Source: Promethearchaeota archaeon
Lineage (GTDB): Archaea > Asgardarchaeota > Lokiarchaeia > Sigyniarchaeales > SOKP01
DNA: 64,000 nucleotides
Direction of reading: 5' to 3'
NCBI GenBank assembly: GCA_048939995.1
Contig: JBHLOY010000008.1
Location: 64,001 to 128,000 of the forward strand
This document shows, one piece after another, positions 1 to 9,046 of this stretch. The translations under genes were made by a program, and so were the position numbers. The first letter of the stretch is position 1. The number at the start of each line of letters is the position of its first letter. Below the pieces are notes generated by a model. The model was not told the DNA's origin and did no database searches. It saw only the letters and a program-made list of their open reading frames with translations.

Positions 1-526
1 AGAGTGTACCACTTTGAGAGGCTATAGAAAATTTACTCCTTTTTAGATTTTCCCAAATAAAAATATTGAATGATTTATTTTCTTCTTCTGGTCCATACCA
101 ATTATTAAAAACACCTAAACAATTTGGACCAATAAATCTAATTCCATATTCTTTTGCAATATTATTTATTTCTTGAGTAAGTGTATTTTTGCGTTCTCCA
201 ACTAATTCACGAAAACCACTTGAAATTAAAATTATTCTTTTAACGCCTTTTTCAGCACACTCTTTAAAAATTTGGGGGACAATTTTAGCAGGAAGAACAA
301 TAACTACTAACTCAGGAATGTCTGGAACATCATATATAGATTTATAGGCTTTGTATCCCATGACGGACTCCAAATTTAAGTGGATTGGAAAAACCTTACC
401 CTCATAACCAGACATTATCAAATTCATAATCTGGACAGAACCTAATGAAGTACCATCATTATTTGCTCCATAAAATGCAATAGTCTTTGGATTTAAAAAG
501 CCATGAAGGAAGTGATTTTCACTCAT
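1..526 (-). CDS. Acyl-CoA synthetase/acetate-CoA ligase (ADP-forming), N-terminal CoA-binding part; runs off the window edge
   Basis: Manual translation from ATG at 526: MSENHFLHGFLNPKTIAFYGAN...PELVVIVLP...IILISSGFRE...IRFIGPNCLG...IASQSGTL, typical ACD alpha-subunit motifs. Absent from the ORF track because it is truncated. Confidence 0.9.
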   Translation of the reverse strand, partial: MSENHFLHGFLNPKTIAFYGANNDGTSLGSVQIMNLIMSGYEGKVFPIHLNLESVMGYKAYKSIYDVPDIPELVVIVLPAKIVPQIFKECAEKGVKRIILISSGFRELVGERKNTLTQEINNIAKEYGIRFIGPNCLGVFNNWYGPEEENKSFNIFIWENLKRSKFSIASQSGTL

Positions 527-595
527 ATGTTTTCCCTTAATTTTAAAAAAGTTTCATTACTTTAAAATATAAAATAAAATACAACTAAGTTAAGT

Positions 596-1817
596 ATGAC
601 TAAATTATTCGATGGTTTAAGAATATTAGATTGTTCTCAGTTTATCTCTGGACCATGGACTAGCACATTTTTTGCAGATCAAGGAGCGGAAGTTATTAAG
701 GTAGAATTTTATCTCGTGCATAGCGATTAAACTACATCCTCCACCTTTCGGTGAAGCTTTTCGCTTATTTGTCCTCTATGATAAAACTATATTTCCTTTA
801 TTTTCGATCTTAAATCGTGGTAAAAAATCAGTCTCTCTAGATTTAAGAAAACCCGAAGCACAAGGTATTTTTAAAAATTTAGTTAAGAAGTCTGATATAT
901 TAATCGAGAATTTTGTTAAAGGAACAATGGAAAAATGGGGATTGGGTTATGAGATACTCAAAGAGATTAATCCCCAGCTGATTTATGCAAAAATTTCAGG
1001 TTTTGGGAACAAGGGTTTAGAACGATATACAAATAAGACCGCTTTTGATATAATCATTCAAGGTCAAGCAGGAATCCTAGATGCATTAGGGTTTAGTAAG
1101 GGTCCACCGAGATTACCCATAGCAGATTATACTGCTGGGCATATTGCTGCAATAGGGATAAGTCAAGCTCTCTTTTACCGAGAAAAAACGGGAGAGGGTC
1201 AATTTATTGACATTTCAATGCATGATATAATGTTTGCTATCAATATTAGAGCTCAAGCGAAGGAATTTATGCCAAGAGCACAACATATTGATGTAACTTC
1301 AAAATTTTTACCTATCTACAATCAATATCCATGTAAAGATGGTGTAATCGTTTTGACAACTCTTACAGAAAATCAATTCCAAAGACTAGCCAATGATGTT
1401 TTAAAAAAACCTGAATTGTTAGAAGATCCCAGGCTCGATAATATTATAAAACGCTTTGATCATATAGAGGAGCTAGATGAAATAATAGAAACATGGAGTA
1501 TAAATTTAACACGAGAAGAGGCAATATCGAAACTAGAATCTGTAAGAATCCCATGTGGTCAGGTATTAACCATTAATGAAGTTCACCAACATCCGAATCT
1601 TAAAGAAAGAGGAATGTTATGTGATCAATTTGATTTTTCCAAATGGGGTGTTGAAAAAGCCACCATCCCTTCTGCTTTAATAAAATTTTCTCTATGTGAG
1701 GGAAGCGTGGAAAAGATTGGTCCAGAATTTGGGGAGAATAATAAGGAAATTTATTGTACCTTACTAGGTTATAGTGAAAAAGATCTAAGAAAGTGGAAAC
1801 AAGAAAAAATAATCTAA
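596..1817 (+). CDS. Family III (CaiB/BaiF) CoA-transferase in two exons, 596-706 and 738-1817 (396 aa if spliced)
   Basis: Exon 1: MTKLFDGLRILDCSQFISGPWTSTFFADQGAEVIKVE. Exon 2: PPPFGEAFR...LNRGKKSVSLDL...DILIENF...MEKWGLGYE...PIADYTAG (catalytic Asp). The track ORF 927..1817 is only the 3' part. Confidence 0.9.
707..737 (+). other. Candidate 31-nt bulge-helix-bulge intron in an mRNA
   Basis: Helix GTAG(701-704)/CTAC(732-735), 3-nt bulges AAT(705-707) and ATC(736-738), intron stem TTTA/TAAA plus TCG/CGA. Canonical cuts restore the reading frame. Confidence 0.8.
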
Positions 1818-1906
1818 AAATTAGAAGAACCAAAAAAATGGACTTCATTTTGTTTAAATAGCCTTATAAATTCTTGATATAAAACAAAAATTAAAAGAGT
1901 CGATTA

Positions 1907-2473
1907 TTGATGAGTAAAGTGTTAATCTTATATGGAACAAGATATGGAACCACTAAAGCTATATCTAATGAAATTCAGAAAGTAATCGACGATAAGGGAA
2001 TAATTACGGAAAGTTATAATCTAGAAGAACTCAAAATAAAGGAACTCCCCCCATTGCAGGAATATACTGGCATTTTAATTGGTACAGGTATTAAAATAAA
2101 GAGATGGACTTCAGATGTTAAAAAATTTGTGCAAAAAAGAAAAACAGAACTAATTAGCAACCAAAATAAACTAGGATTCTATGTGTGCTGTGGAGAAGCC
2201 GCAAAAAAAAACAATATTAGTAATGCAATTGATACTTATATCACTTCTAAATTACAAAAATTAGGCATAAAACCCGCTTTAATCGATGCTTTCGGAGGAT
2301 GTTATGATTTAACTGAGGGATCTTCAATAACCGGTATGACACGTAAGATTGTTATAAGTATTATGAAAAATGAGGAAGGGATTGAAAATCCAGATGGTAA
2401 GTTGCATGATTTTAGAGATTGGGAACAAATCAGAGAATTTGCTAATATATTTGCCGAATTAGTAGAGAAGTAA
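1907..2473 (+). CDS. Flavodoxin-domain protein (HemG/Flavodoxin_5-like)
   Basis: LILYGTRYGTT FMN loop; C-terminal DFRDWEQIREFA motif. Confidence 0.85.
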   Translation: MMSKVLILYGTRYGTTKAISNEIQKVIDDKGIITESYNLEELKIKELPPLQEYTGILIGTGIKIKRWTSDVKKFVQKRKTELISNQNKLGFYVCCGEAAKKNNISNAIDTYITSKLQKLGIKPALIDAFGGCYDLTEGSSITGMTRKIVISIMKNEEGIENPDGKLHDFRDWEQIREFANIFAELVEK

Positions 2474-2586
2474 AAGAATCAACATAAAATAATATAAGAA
2501 AGATGATTAAATGTTTCAAAAAATTATTTAACATCTATATATTTATTTCTAAAAATAAAAAAAAGAATTCAAAAGGTAACTAAAAA

Positions 2587-2880
2587 ATGAATGAGCAAGG
2601 AGAAGAAAAGAAAAAAAATCTATTAGATAAACTCAATGATTCGTTTGTAGATTTTGTAGGGGGCGCATTTGGAGAAAGTGGAAAAGAATTCATTGAAGAA
2701 ACATCTGAAAAAATAAAAGATTTTTCCTCGCAATCAATTAAAAAATTTATGGAATTTTCTGATTCTGTTCTAGAAAACCTTAAACTAACAGATAATGAAC
2801 AAGTAATGAAGGCCCGTGATTCTGTTGAGGATTTATTAAAACAAGCTGGGCTTCTAGAGGAAGATGAAGAAGATTTTTAA
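2587..2880 (+). CDS. Small acidic helical hypothetical protein
   Basis: 97-aa ORF filling an intergenic gap, ATG start, AAGGT upstream. Confidence 0.7.
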   Translation: MNEQGEEKKKNLLDKLNDSFVDFVGGAFGESGKEFIEETSEKIKDFSSQSIKKFMEFSDSVLENLKLTDNEQVMKARDSVEDLLKQAGLLEEDEEDF

Positions 2881-2943
2881 GTTTTAGATTCGATCTATAT
2901 CTTTTTTTATATTTATTTTAATTTATATTGAATTAGAAGTAGT

Positions 2944-3198
2944 TTAGAGGACTTTAGCATTCCTTAAAAAAGATTTAACTTCTTCAGTGGTTGCATTAAA
3001 AAGTTCTGAAATCACAGTGAGGCTAATATCTTGATCCATTCCTAGCTTCCTATAATCCTCGTAAAGTTTAATCCATGTTTGCTTCTGGCTATATTTATCT
3101 TGGTGCTCTGCTTGGATATGTATCCAGTACGGATGAGTTAATTCTACTCCACAGTAAGGACAAAATCGTGATTCATCTTCAGACATCAAAAAAACCAA
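2944..3198 (-). CDS. Small C2H2-type zinc-finger protein
   Basis: CPYC-x10-H-x4-H (CPYCGVELTHPYWIHIQAEH) followed by a helical segment; true start may be the ATG of MSEDE. Confidence 0.7.
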   Translation of the reverse strand: MVFLMSEDESRFCPYCGVELTHPYWIHIQAEHQDKYSQKQTWIKLYEDYRKLGMDQDISLTVISELFNATTEEVKSFLRNAKVL

Positions 3199-3365
3199 GT
3201 CGAAATTCGAAATTATTATTTTTTAGAGAATAATTTTAATAAGATAATAATAGTTTAAAAACTTTTAATTTCCCTTATATATTGAAAGGGAAGGTTTTCT
3301 TAATTTTATTAATTAATATAAAACAACTATTTTTATTGGAAAAAAAAATCTATATTTAATAAAAC

Positions 3366-4157
3366 TTGACTGATTTAAAGAGAAGAAGAGCAATTCTTGA
3401 TTTAGTAGCTAGTAGAAACTCCTTTTTAATAAAGTTACTCACTTCGATTTTTGGATTATTAGAATATAATTTTTTAGAGTTTCTTCGCGTGTTAGATAAG
3501 ATTTTTCATATTAATTCTTTAAATTTCATAATTAAGTATTTGCTTAAGGATAAATGGGGTGGAAGGGTTGTTCCACTAAATAAGAATATTGAACCTCAAG
3601 TTAAATTTCTTCCATCTCAAGAAATACTAGAGTTAATAACTAAGTCTAACGTTGTGGGGATTGCTTCTTGTTATTGCAGAGAAAAGCAAAGAAAATGTGG
3701 AATTAGAGCTAATTGTACTCATCCACTTAATACATGTATTCATTTGAGTTATGGAAAATCACTACATGAAATCCCTTTCAAATCTAATAATTTAGAAAGA
3801 AGTTCGAAGGATTATGTAAAAAAGCTCTTGATTAACTTTGAAGATATAGGTTTAATACATCAGATAATTTTCTTTCCTAATCCTGCTTATTATTATGTAA
3901 TTTGTAATTGTTGCTCATGTTGTTGTCTTATTTTAAGCAAATTTTTGAAAATGGGAGCTCCTCCGCTCATTAAAAGTGATTTTATTGCTGTCACAAATCC
4001 AGAGCTATGCAAAAACTGTGGAATCTGTGTAAACTGGTGTTATTTTGAAGCAAGAGTATTAAACACCAAATTAGAAATCAATACAAATCTTTGTTTTGGT
4101 TGCGGATTATGCGTTGGTAAATGCCCAGAAAAAGCTATTATATTGAAGAAAAAATAG
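3366..4157 (+). CDS. 4Fe-4S dicluster ferredoxin-domain protein
   Basis: CYCR, ICNCCSCCC and two CxxCxxCxxxC motifs (CKNCGICVNWC, CFGCGLCVGKCP). Confidence 0.85.
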   Translation: MTDLKRRRAILDLVASRNSFLIKLLTSIFGLLEYNFLEFLRVLDKIFHINSLNFIIKYLLKDKWGGRVVPLNKNIEPQVKFLPSQEILELITKSNVVGIASCYCREKQRKCGIRANCTHPLNTCIHLSYGKSLHEIPFKSNNLERSSKDYVKKLLINFEDIGLIHQIIFFPNPAYYYVICNCCSCCCLILSKFLKMGAPPLIKSDFIAVTNPELCKNCGICVNWCYFEARVLNTKLEINTNLCFGCGLCVGKCPEKAIILKKK

Positions 4158-4257
4158 TATAAAAATTTTTGAAGAAACTTAATAAAGTCTAAAATTAAAT
4201 ATGAAAAGTTTTTTTATTTTTATAATCTAGCGATTTGATCTAATAATTTAAAGATTT

Positions 4258-4692
4258 ATGAAGGGTCTTTATGAACTAGGGATAGTTTTTAGGGGATTTG
4301 TTTTAGTAAACTACACCTCTGAAATTTTTGACGAAAAAGGTGATGCCAGTCAGGGGAATAAAGATTTAAGAGGAGCATTTATTTCTGCGATAGATACCTT
4401 TGCAAAAAATGCTTTTAATAATCTTGCTTTAGAATATCTTGAATCAGATAATATTTTATTTATTTTTAAAGCTTCTGAAATTAAAACCTCTGACTATCAT
4501 GAACCGGAACCGATAATTCTCTATGGTTTGATAGATAAAAAAAAGAGAGATACAGATAAAATTGTGAAAAAATTCCTCGATAAATTTGAAATTATTTTAC
4601 AAATGTTTATCTCAAGGTTCCAAAGTAAGGATTTTACAGAATTAAGTCAATTTCATTCATTCAAAAAGGAGATTGAAAACTTTTTTATTTAA
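4258..4692 (+). CDS. Stand-alone longin-like domain protein
   Basis: Beta-beta-helix pattern (LYELGIVFRGFVLVNY...DLRGAFISAIDTFAKNAF...LEYLESDNILFIF) typical of longin domains. Confidence 0.65.
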   Translation: MKGLYELGIVFRGFVLVNYTSEIFDEKGDASQGNKDLRGAFISAIDTFAKNAFNNLALEYLESDNILFIFKASEIKTSDYHEPEPIILYGLIDKKKRDTDKIVKKFLDKFEIILQMFISRFQSKDFTELSQFHSFKKEIENFFI

Positions 4693-4697
4693 AAAGT

Positions 4698-6371
4698 CTA
4701 ATTTGATAAGTACCATCCTTTTGGATCTGACCTAGAGTATGCAATTACTCCTTGATCTTTTAATAAATCAATCTGGGTTTCTACTGTATTCTTATCATAT
4801 CCTAAAATCACAATATCTTCAACAAGTTTTGTTTTGGAGGGTATAATTCTATTCTTTTCTAGATGGTGGATAATAATTGTTCTTAAGTTTTCTTCTGTTA
4901 TCGTTCCCTGTAGTGATCTCTGATTTTTAACACTTTCTTTTTCTGTTTCTTTAGTTAAAGCATCAATTAAAGCTTCTCCTTTGGGTTTCTCAACTTCTTG
5001 TTCTATTACAATAGGTTTGATTTTTATACTTTTTTTAGGAGGAGCTCCCACTACACCTCCTAAACCTATTTTATCTTCAGGTAGAGTCCAAACAGAATAG
5101 ATAACTTTTTCAAATTTATCTTGCTTTTCTGTAATCATCCTTTCAAATTCTTCAATAACTCGATCTTTAAGATACCCTCTCTTCTTCAAATCATTAGCAA
5201 TCTCCTGAATAATCTTTTTGTCAATTAAATCTTTAAAAATAAATTCTCTAATATTTGTTGGAACAGTTTCTAATTTGAGAGTTTTTACAGGAGGCTCTAT
5301 TAGAGGTTCTTGTTGGTCAACTATATTAATATTTTGTGGTATTTCTAAAACCGGTTTCTCCCCACATTCAAAATCATTTATACATCTTATACTCCTATCA
5401 TAGCCTCCAAATATGATATTTGTCGTTCCTAGCTCAGGATCTGGCATAGTTGACACAATTTTTATTGAAGTAGAAGTAGAAGTTTTCCATTTTAACTCAA
5501 TGTCAGTTGAATTTAATTTTGTATTATGATAGATTCTTAAAGATCCATCAGCACAACCTACAAGAATTTCATTTGAGTTATCACCATCAATATCGGCGAT
5601 TTTTAAAGAAACTGGGCGGCCTTCTTCAATATTTATAACTTTTAAGCTTTCTCCTTCACTATTAAATACTGAAAGATTAGAATCATCTGTCCCGACTACT
5701 ATTTCATAGTAGCCATCATTAGTTACATCACCAACTTGAATAGCATTTATTTGTGTACCTAAAAACTTTTGCCAAACTATATCTGGTTTACCTTCACTGG
5801 ATTGAATTAATTGAAGTAATCCATTTTTCGTTCCAACTACTAAAGCATGGATAGGATGTTCTTCTTTTGGTAGTTTTAGGGATCCTAAATTGCACGCTGA
5901 TACCCATGAATCATAATATAGTATAAATTCGGGTTCTTTTGCATCTATATCCCTAAAAATTTTAAGAGTTTTATCTTCTCCACCATATATCAACTCAACA
6001 TTTCCATCTCTAGTAAAATCCCCTGCAGTGACGCATAAAACTTTTCCCTTTGTCTTAAAGTTCATTATTCCTGCTAATTTGTTAATCCCTTTAACAAATT
6101 TTACAACCAAGAAATTTCCATCACCAGCACCAACAAGAATCTCATCACATCCATCACCTGTAATGTCAACAGGATAAGTTGTTCTTACCCAACCGTCAAA
6201 ACTTATACTATCTAGTATATTTAATTCCTCATCCATTAAATATAAGGTCTTATCATGTCCACCAAATACCAAATAACACTTACCTTCACATCTTAAAGTC
6301 GAGCAAGTCAAAACCGCTTCAGGGGCTTCAAACATCCAGTTTAAATTGAATTTTTTCTTTAGGGAAGACAT
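4698..6371 (-). CDS. FG-GAP/VCBS-type beta-propeller protein (BBS2/ITFG2-like) with C-terminal winged-helix-like domain
   Basis: Repeats DITGDGCDEILVG, DFTRDGNVELIYGGED, DVTNDGYYEIVVG, DIDGDNSNEILVG; no signal peptide. Confidence 0.75.
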   Translation of the reverse strand: MSSLKKKFNLNWMFEAPEAVLTCSTLRCEGKCYLVFGGHDKTLYLMDEELNILDSISFDGWVRTTYPVDITGDGCDEILVGAGDGNFLVVKFVKGINKLAGIMNFKTKGKVLCVTAGDFTRDGNVELIYGGEDKTLKIFRDIDAKEPEFILYYDSWVSACNLGSLKLPKEEHPIHALVVGTKNGLLQLIQSSEGKPDIVWQKFLGTQINAIQVGDVTNDGYYEIVVGTDDSNLSVFNSEGESLKVINIEEGRPVSLKIADIDGDNSNEILVGCADGSLRIYHNTKLNSTDIELKWKTSTSTSIKIVSTMPDPELGTTNIIFGGYDRSIRCINDFECGEKPVLEIPQNINIVDQQEPLIEPPVKTLKLETVPTNIREFIFKDLIDKKIIQEIANDLKKRGYLKDRVIEEFERMITEKQDKFEKVIYSVWTLPEDKIGLGGVVGAPPKKSIKIKPIVIEQEVEKPKGEALIDALTKETEKESVKNQRSLQGTITEENLRTIIIHHLEKNRIIPSKTKLVEDIVILGYDKNTVETQIDLLKDQGVIAYSRSDPKGWYLSN

Positions 6372-6526
6372 TTTCTAAGTTTTTAATGATATAGATTTAA
6401 TATAGAACCATTGATAATAAATGCGTTTCTAATTTATATAATGAACGTATTTTAAATCTATTTAATGCTTTTGGTTTTAAAAAGATTATAAAAAAAATTG
6501 TATATTAAAAAAAAATAAAATAAAAA

Positions 6527-8698
6527 TTATAATCCAAGCTGAGCATCACTCGGACTATATTCACCAGTACCGTTTATTTCATAAGTTATCTCTACCATTT
6601 CTCCAGCATTTAGTAAATCTATTGTCCATTTTAAAGTATCTTGTCCAACTTCATCAGTTATTTCTGGTTTCTTACTATAAGTGCCGTATTCAAATTGATC
6701 AGGCACCTTATCCATTAAAATTAGATTTTGGAGTGGTGCTGTACCTATATTTTCAAGAATTAAAATTATTCTGTAATTTCCTAAGTCGCCAATTGGTAGA
6801 ACTTCTTTACCAATTCTAAACTTCCTTCTCAAGTGTAATGCCTCAATTATTGGTACTTCAGGCATAAATTCTAATTCTTGAGAGAGTGGATAGGTGTTCG
6901 CATTATATATGATTTGAGATTCAAATGTAGCCTCTTGAACAGGATTTATACAATGAATAGGATACTTAAAAACTAGACTTGATTCTGGCTTAAACATCTC
7001 TGTGTCAGAATTTCTTAGTTCTTTTAAACTAATTTTGAACACGCTTCCATCAAAGCTTACCGCTCCAGATGGTAAGTCAATTTCTTCTCCATCCCAAAGC
7101 ATTGTAACGTCAGATGCTTTTGGGGGTTGAAATTCATTAGTGAAGTATTGTTGTGAGATAATTAATTGATCCAAGGGAGCAGAACCGTTATTTATGACTT
7201 TCAAAGTAGCTATTACATCCTGTTCCTTATAAGTAGGTACTTGTGTAATATCATATTGCATGTCACCAGTTATACTGGCGATTTCCAAAATAACATCAGA
7301 AATATTTATTGTCCCATTCACTGCTGTCTGAAAGTCAGGCATAACTCGAAATTCAAGTTTCTTCCTAAATGCGGGATACTCTTCAGATTCGTATCGCCAC
7401 TTATTGGAGTGCCATTGTGCTCCTGCAGGAAGTAGGGGAATATCTCTAGGATCTATATCCACAAACTTTTTGGTTTCATCGTCGGGAGAATAGACATCAG
7501 CATTAAATAATTGGATAATAAACTCAGAGGGATTCTCAAAGACTAGTTTGCAATCCCAAATTTCTGGTTCTTCGTCTCTTTCAAGTGCATCTACATAGAA
7601 TTTATTTCTAGTGTAAGCATCATATTTATCTACCGCAAGACCTCCCGCGAATGATGATGATCCTTCATAAGTGACTTCTATTGGGCCACTTTTTCTTTTA
7701 GTTATGTCAGTTACCATTATAGTGCATGTAAACTTCAATAAAGCTGTCCTTTCGGGCGGTAATTTTTCAATTCTCCATACAACATTGTTACCTTCAATTT
7801 CTGCAATACCAATATTAGACTCTCTAACAACTGGATTTGAAAAGTCTTTTGGAATAGTTTTTACAACTTTTACGTTTGAAATAGCTTTTTCAAATAGACT
7901 TGACATAGCAATAGCAAACGTTACTGTATTTTCCTTATCAATTGAAATACCAAATGCTTGTAATGAAGATGCTGAAGCTACATCATACATATCCTCCTCT
8001 TCATCTTCTTCTTCCTCATCTTCTTCCTCTTCTTCATCCTCATCTTCTTCCTCTTCTACTTTCTTTATTTCAGGTTTACGCTTCTTTACACTAGAACCAG
8101 CTTTAGCAGTTTTATCTTTTAATTCAATCAAATCATTTTCAATATCTCTAAGATTTAACACATCATCAGCATTAGGAAGAGTATTAACATATTCTTTTAT
8201 TAACAAGAGATTCTTAGCCTCTCCTTTGATTAGAAAGTCTTGAGTCTCAGTATTTGTGTCTGGTTCAGTCCCTAATTCTCTTATCTTTATTTCTTTTGAT
8301 TTTAGATTTGTTGCTTCAATGTTTTTTAAACTTAAATCTATATCCCATAATCGATCTTTTTTACTAGGATTCTCTACACTGAACTTACCTTTAAAATTAA
8401 TTGACTCTATATTTCCGTCATGGTCGAGTTCAGTATTAACATCTTCCACAATTTTTACCAATGCAAGCAAACCTTCACGATTTCCAGCTTTCAATAAAAT
8501 TGATCCTTCAAGTGCTCCTGTATCAGCATCATAAGTCTCGATTACAGGAGTAGAAATATCTCTATCGACTAATCGAACTTTTCCTTCATCCATATCTGTT
8601 CTTTTTAAACCTTCAGCCACCTTTGCTTCATCTGCTTCCGTAGTATCCCAACCCATTCGAGATTCTTCTCGTTTTTTCTTATCTTTCTTTCGTGCCAT
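6527..8698 (-). CDS. Mu-homology-domain (adaptin mu C-terminal)-like protein with acidic tract and C-terminal Ig-like domains
   Basis: VEDVNTELDHDGNIESINFKGKFSV and NVKVVKTIP...NNVVWRIEKLP...GPIEVTYE...GLAV segments resemble AP mu C-terminal motifs; no signal peptide. Confidence 0.6.
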   Translation of the reverse strand: MARKKDKKKREESRMGWDTTEADEAKVAEGLKRTDMDEGKVRLVDRDISTPVIETYDADTGALEGSILLKAGNREGLLALVKIVEDVNTELDHDGNIESINFKGKFSVENPSKKDRLWDIDLSLKNIEATNLKSKEIKIRELGTEPDTNTETQDFLIKGEAKNLLLIKEYVNTLPNADDVLNLRDIENDLIELKDKTAKAGSSVKKRKPEIKKVEEEEDEDEEEEEDEEEEDEEEDMYDVASASSLQAFGISIDKENTVTFAIAMSSLFEKAISNVKVVKTIPKDFSNPVVRESNIGIAEIEGNNVVWRIEKLPPERTALLKFTCTIMVTDITKRKSGPIEVTYEGSSSFAGGLAVDKYDAYTRNKFYVDALERDEEPEIWDCKLVFENPSEFIIQLFNADVYSPDDETKKFVDIDPRDIPLLPAGAQWHSNKWRYESEEYPAFRKKLEFRVMPDFQTAVNGTINISDVILEIASITGDMQYDITQVPTYKEQDVIATLKVINNGSAPLDQLIISQQYFTNEFQPPKASDVTMLWDGEEIDLPSGAVSFDGSVFKISLKELRNSDTEMFKPESSLVFKYPIHCINPVQEATFESQIIYNANTYPLSQELEFMPEVPIIEALHLRRKFRIGKEVLPIGDLGNYRIILILENIGTAPLQNLILMDKVPDQFEYGTYSKKPEITDEVGQDTLKWTIDLLNAGEMVEITYEINGTGEYSPSDAQLGL
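7991..8057 (-). repeat. Low-complexity GAA/GAG/GAT tract encoding poly-Glu/Asp
   Basis: Encodes EEEEDEDEEEEEDEEEEDEEED within the 6527..8698 gene. Confidence 0.9.
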
Positions 8699-8842
8699 GT
8701 TAATTTTCCCTTTTTTTACATTTTTGTGATTTAATTTATTTATAGACTAATAAATATTGATTAGTAAAGTAAATATAAACACGATAGTTAAAAAAGATTT
8801 TTTCACAAAATCAAAGATTTGAATAGAAAATTTTTTTTAGTT

Positions 8843-9046
8843 CTAGAAAAGCTTTTTCTCAAACTCGTCTCCTCTATCTAGAAAAAGATCTGACTCTTTG
8901 AATTTATAGCCACACATTGGACATATGGTTACTTTTTTTCTTGTTTTTGGATTATAGGTTCTGAAAGTAAATCCACATACTGGACAAGTTCTTATCAGGT
9001 TACCACTGGCTCTTTTAATCTTAATTCCTTCTTTCTTTTTTTTCAT
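8843..9046 (-). CDS. Small zinc-ribbon protein
   Basis: CPVC...CPMC; start overlaps the glycerate kinase stop. Confidence 0.75.
   Translation of the reverse strand: MKKKKEGIKIKRASGNLIRTCPVCGFTFRTYNPKTRKKVTICPMCGYKFKESDLFLDRGDEFEKKLF

Noticed and set aside
596-1817. Calling the CoA-transferase a pseudogene or a programmed +1 frameshift at TTTT 707-710
   Set aside because: A frameshift would insert FISCIAIKLH into the conserved KVE-PP motif, whereas BHB cuts restore the motif exactly and there are no other lesions. Not excluded without reads.
7671-8243. 190-aa plus-strand ORF with a poly-Ser run
   Set aside because: Antisense shadow of the poly-Glu/Asp tract of the 6527..8698 gene.
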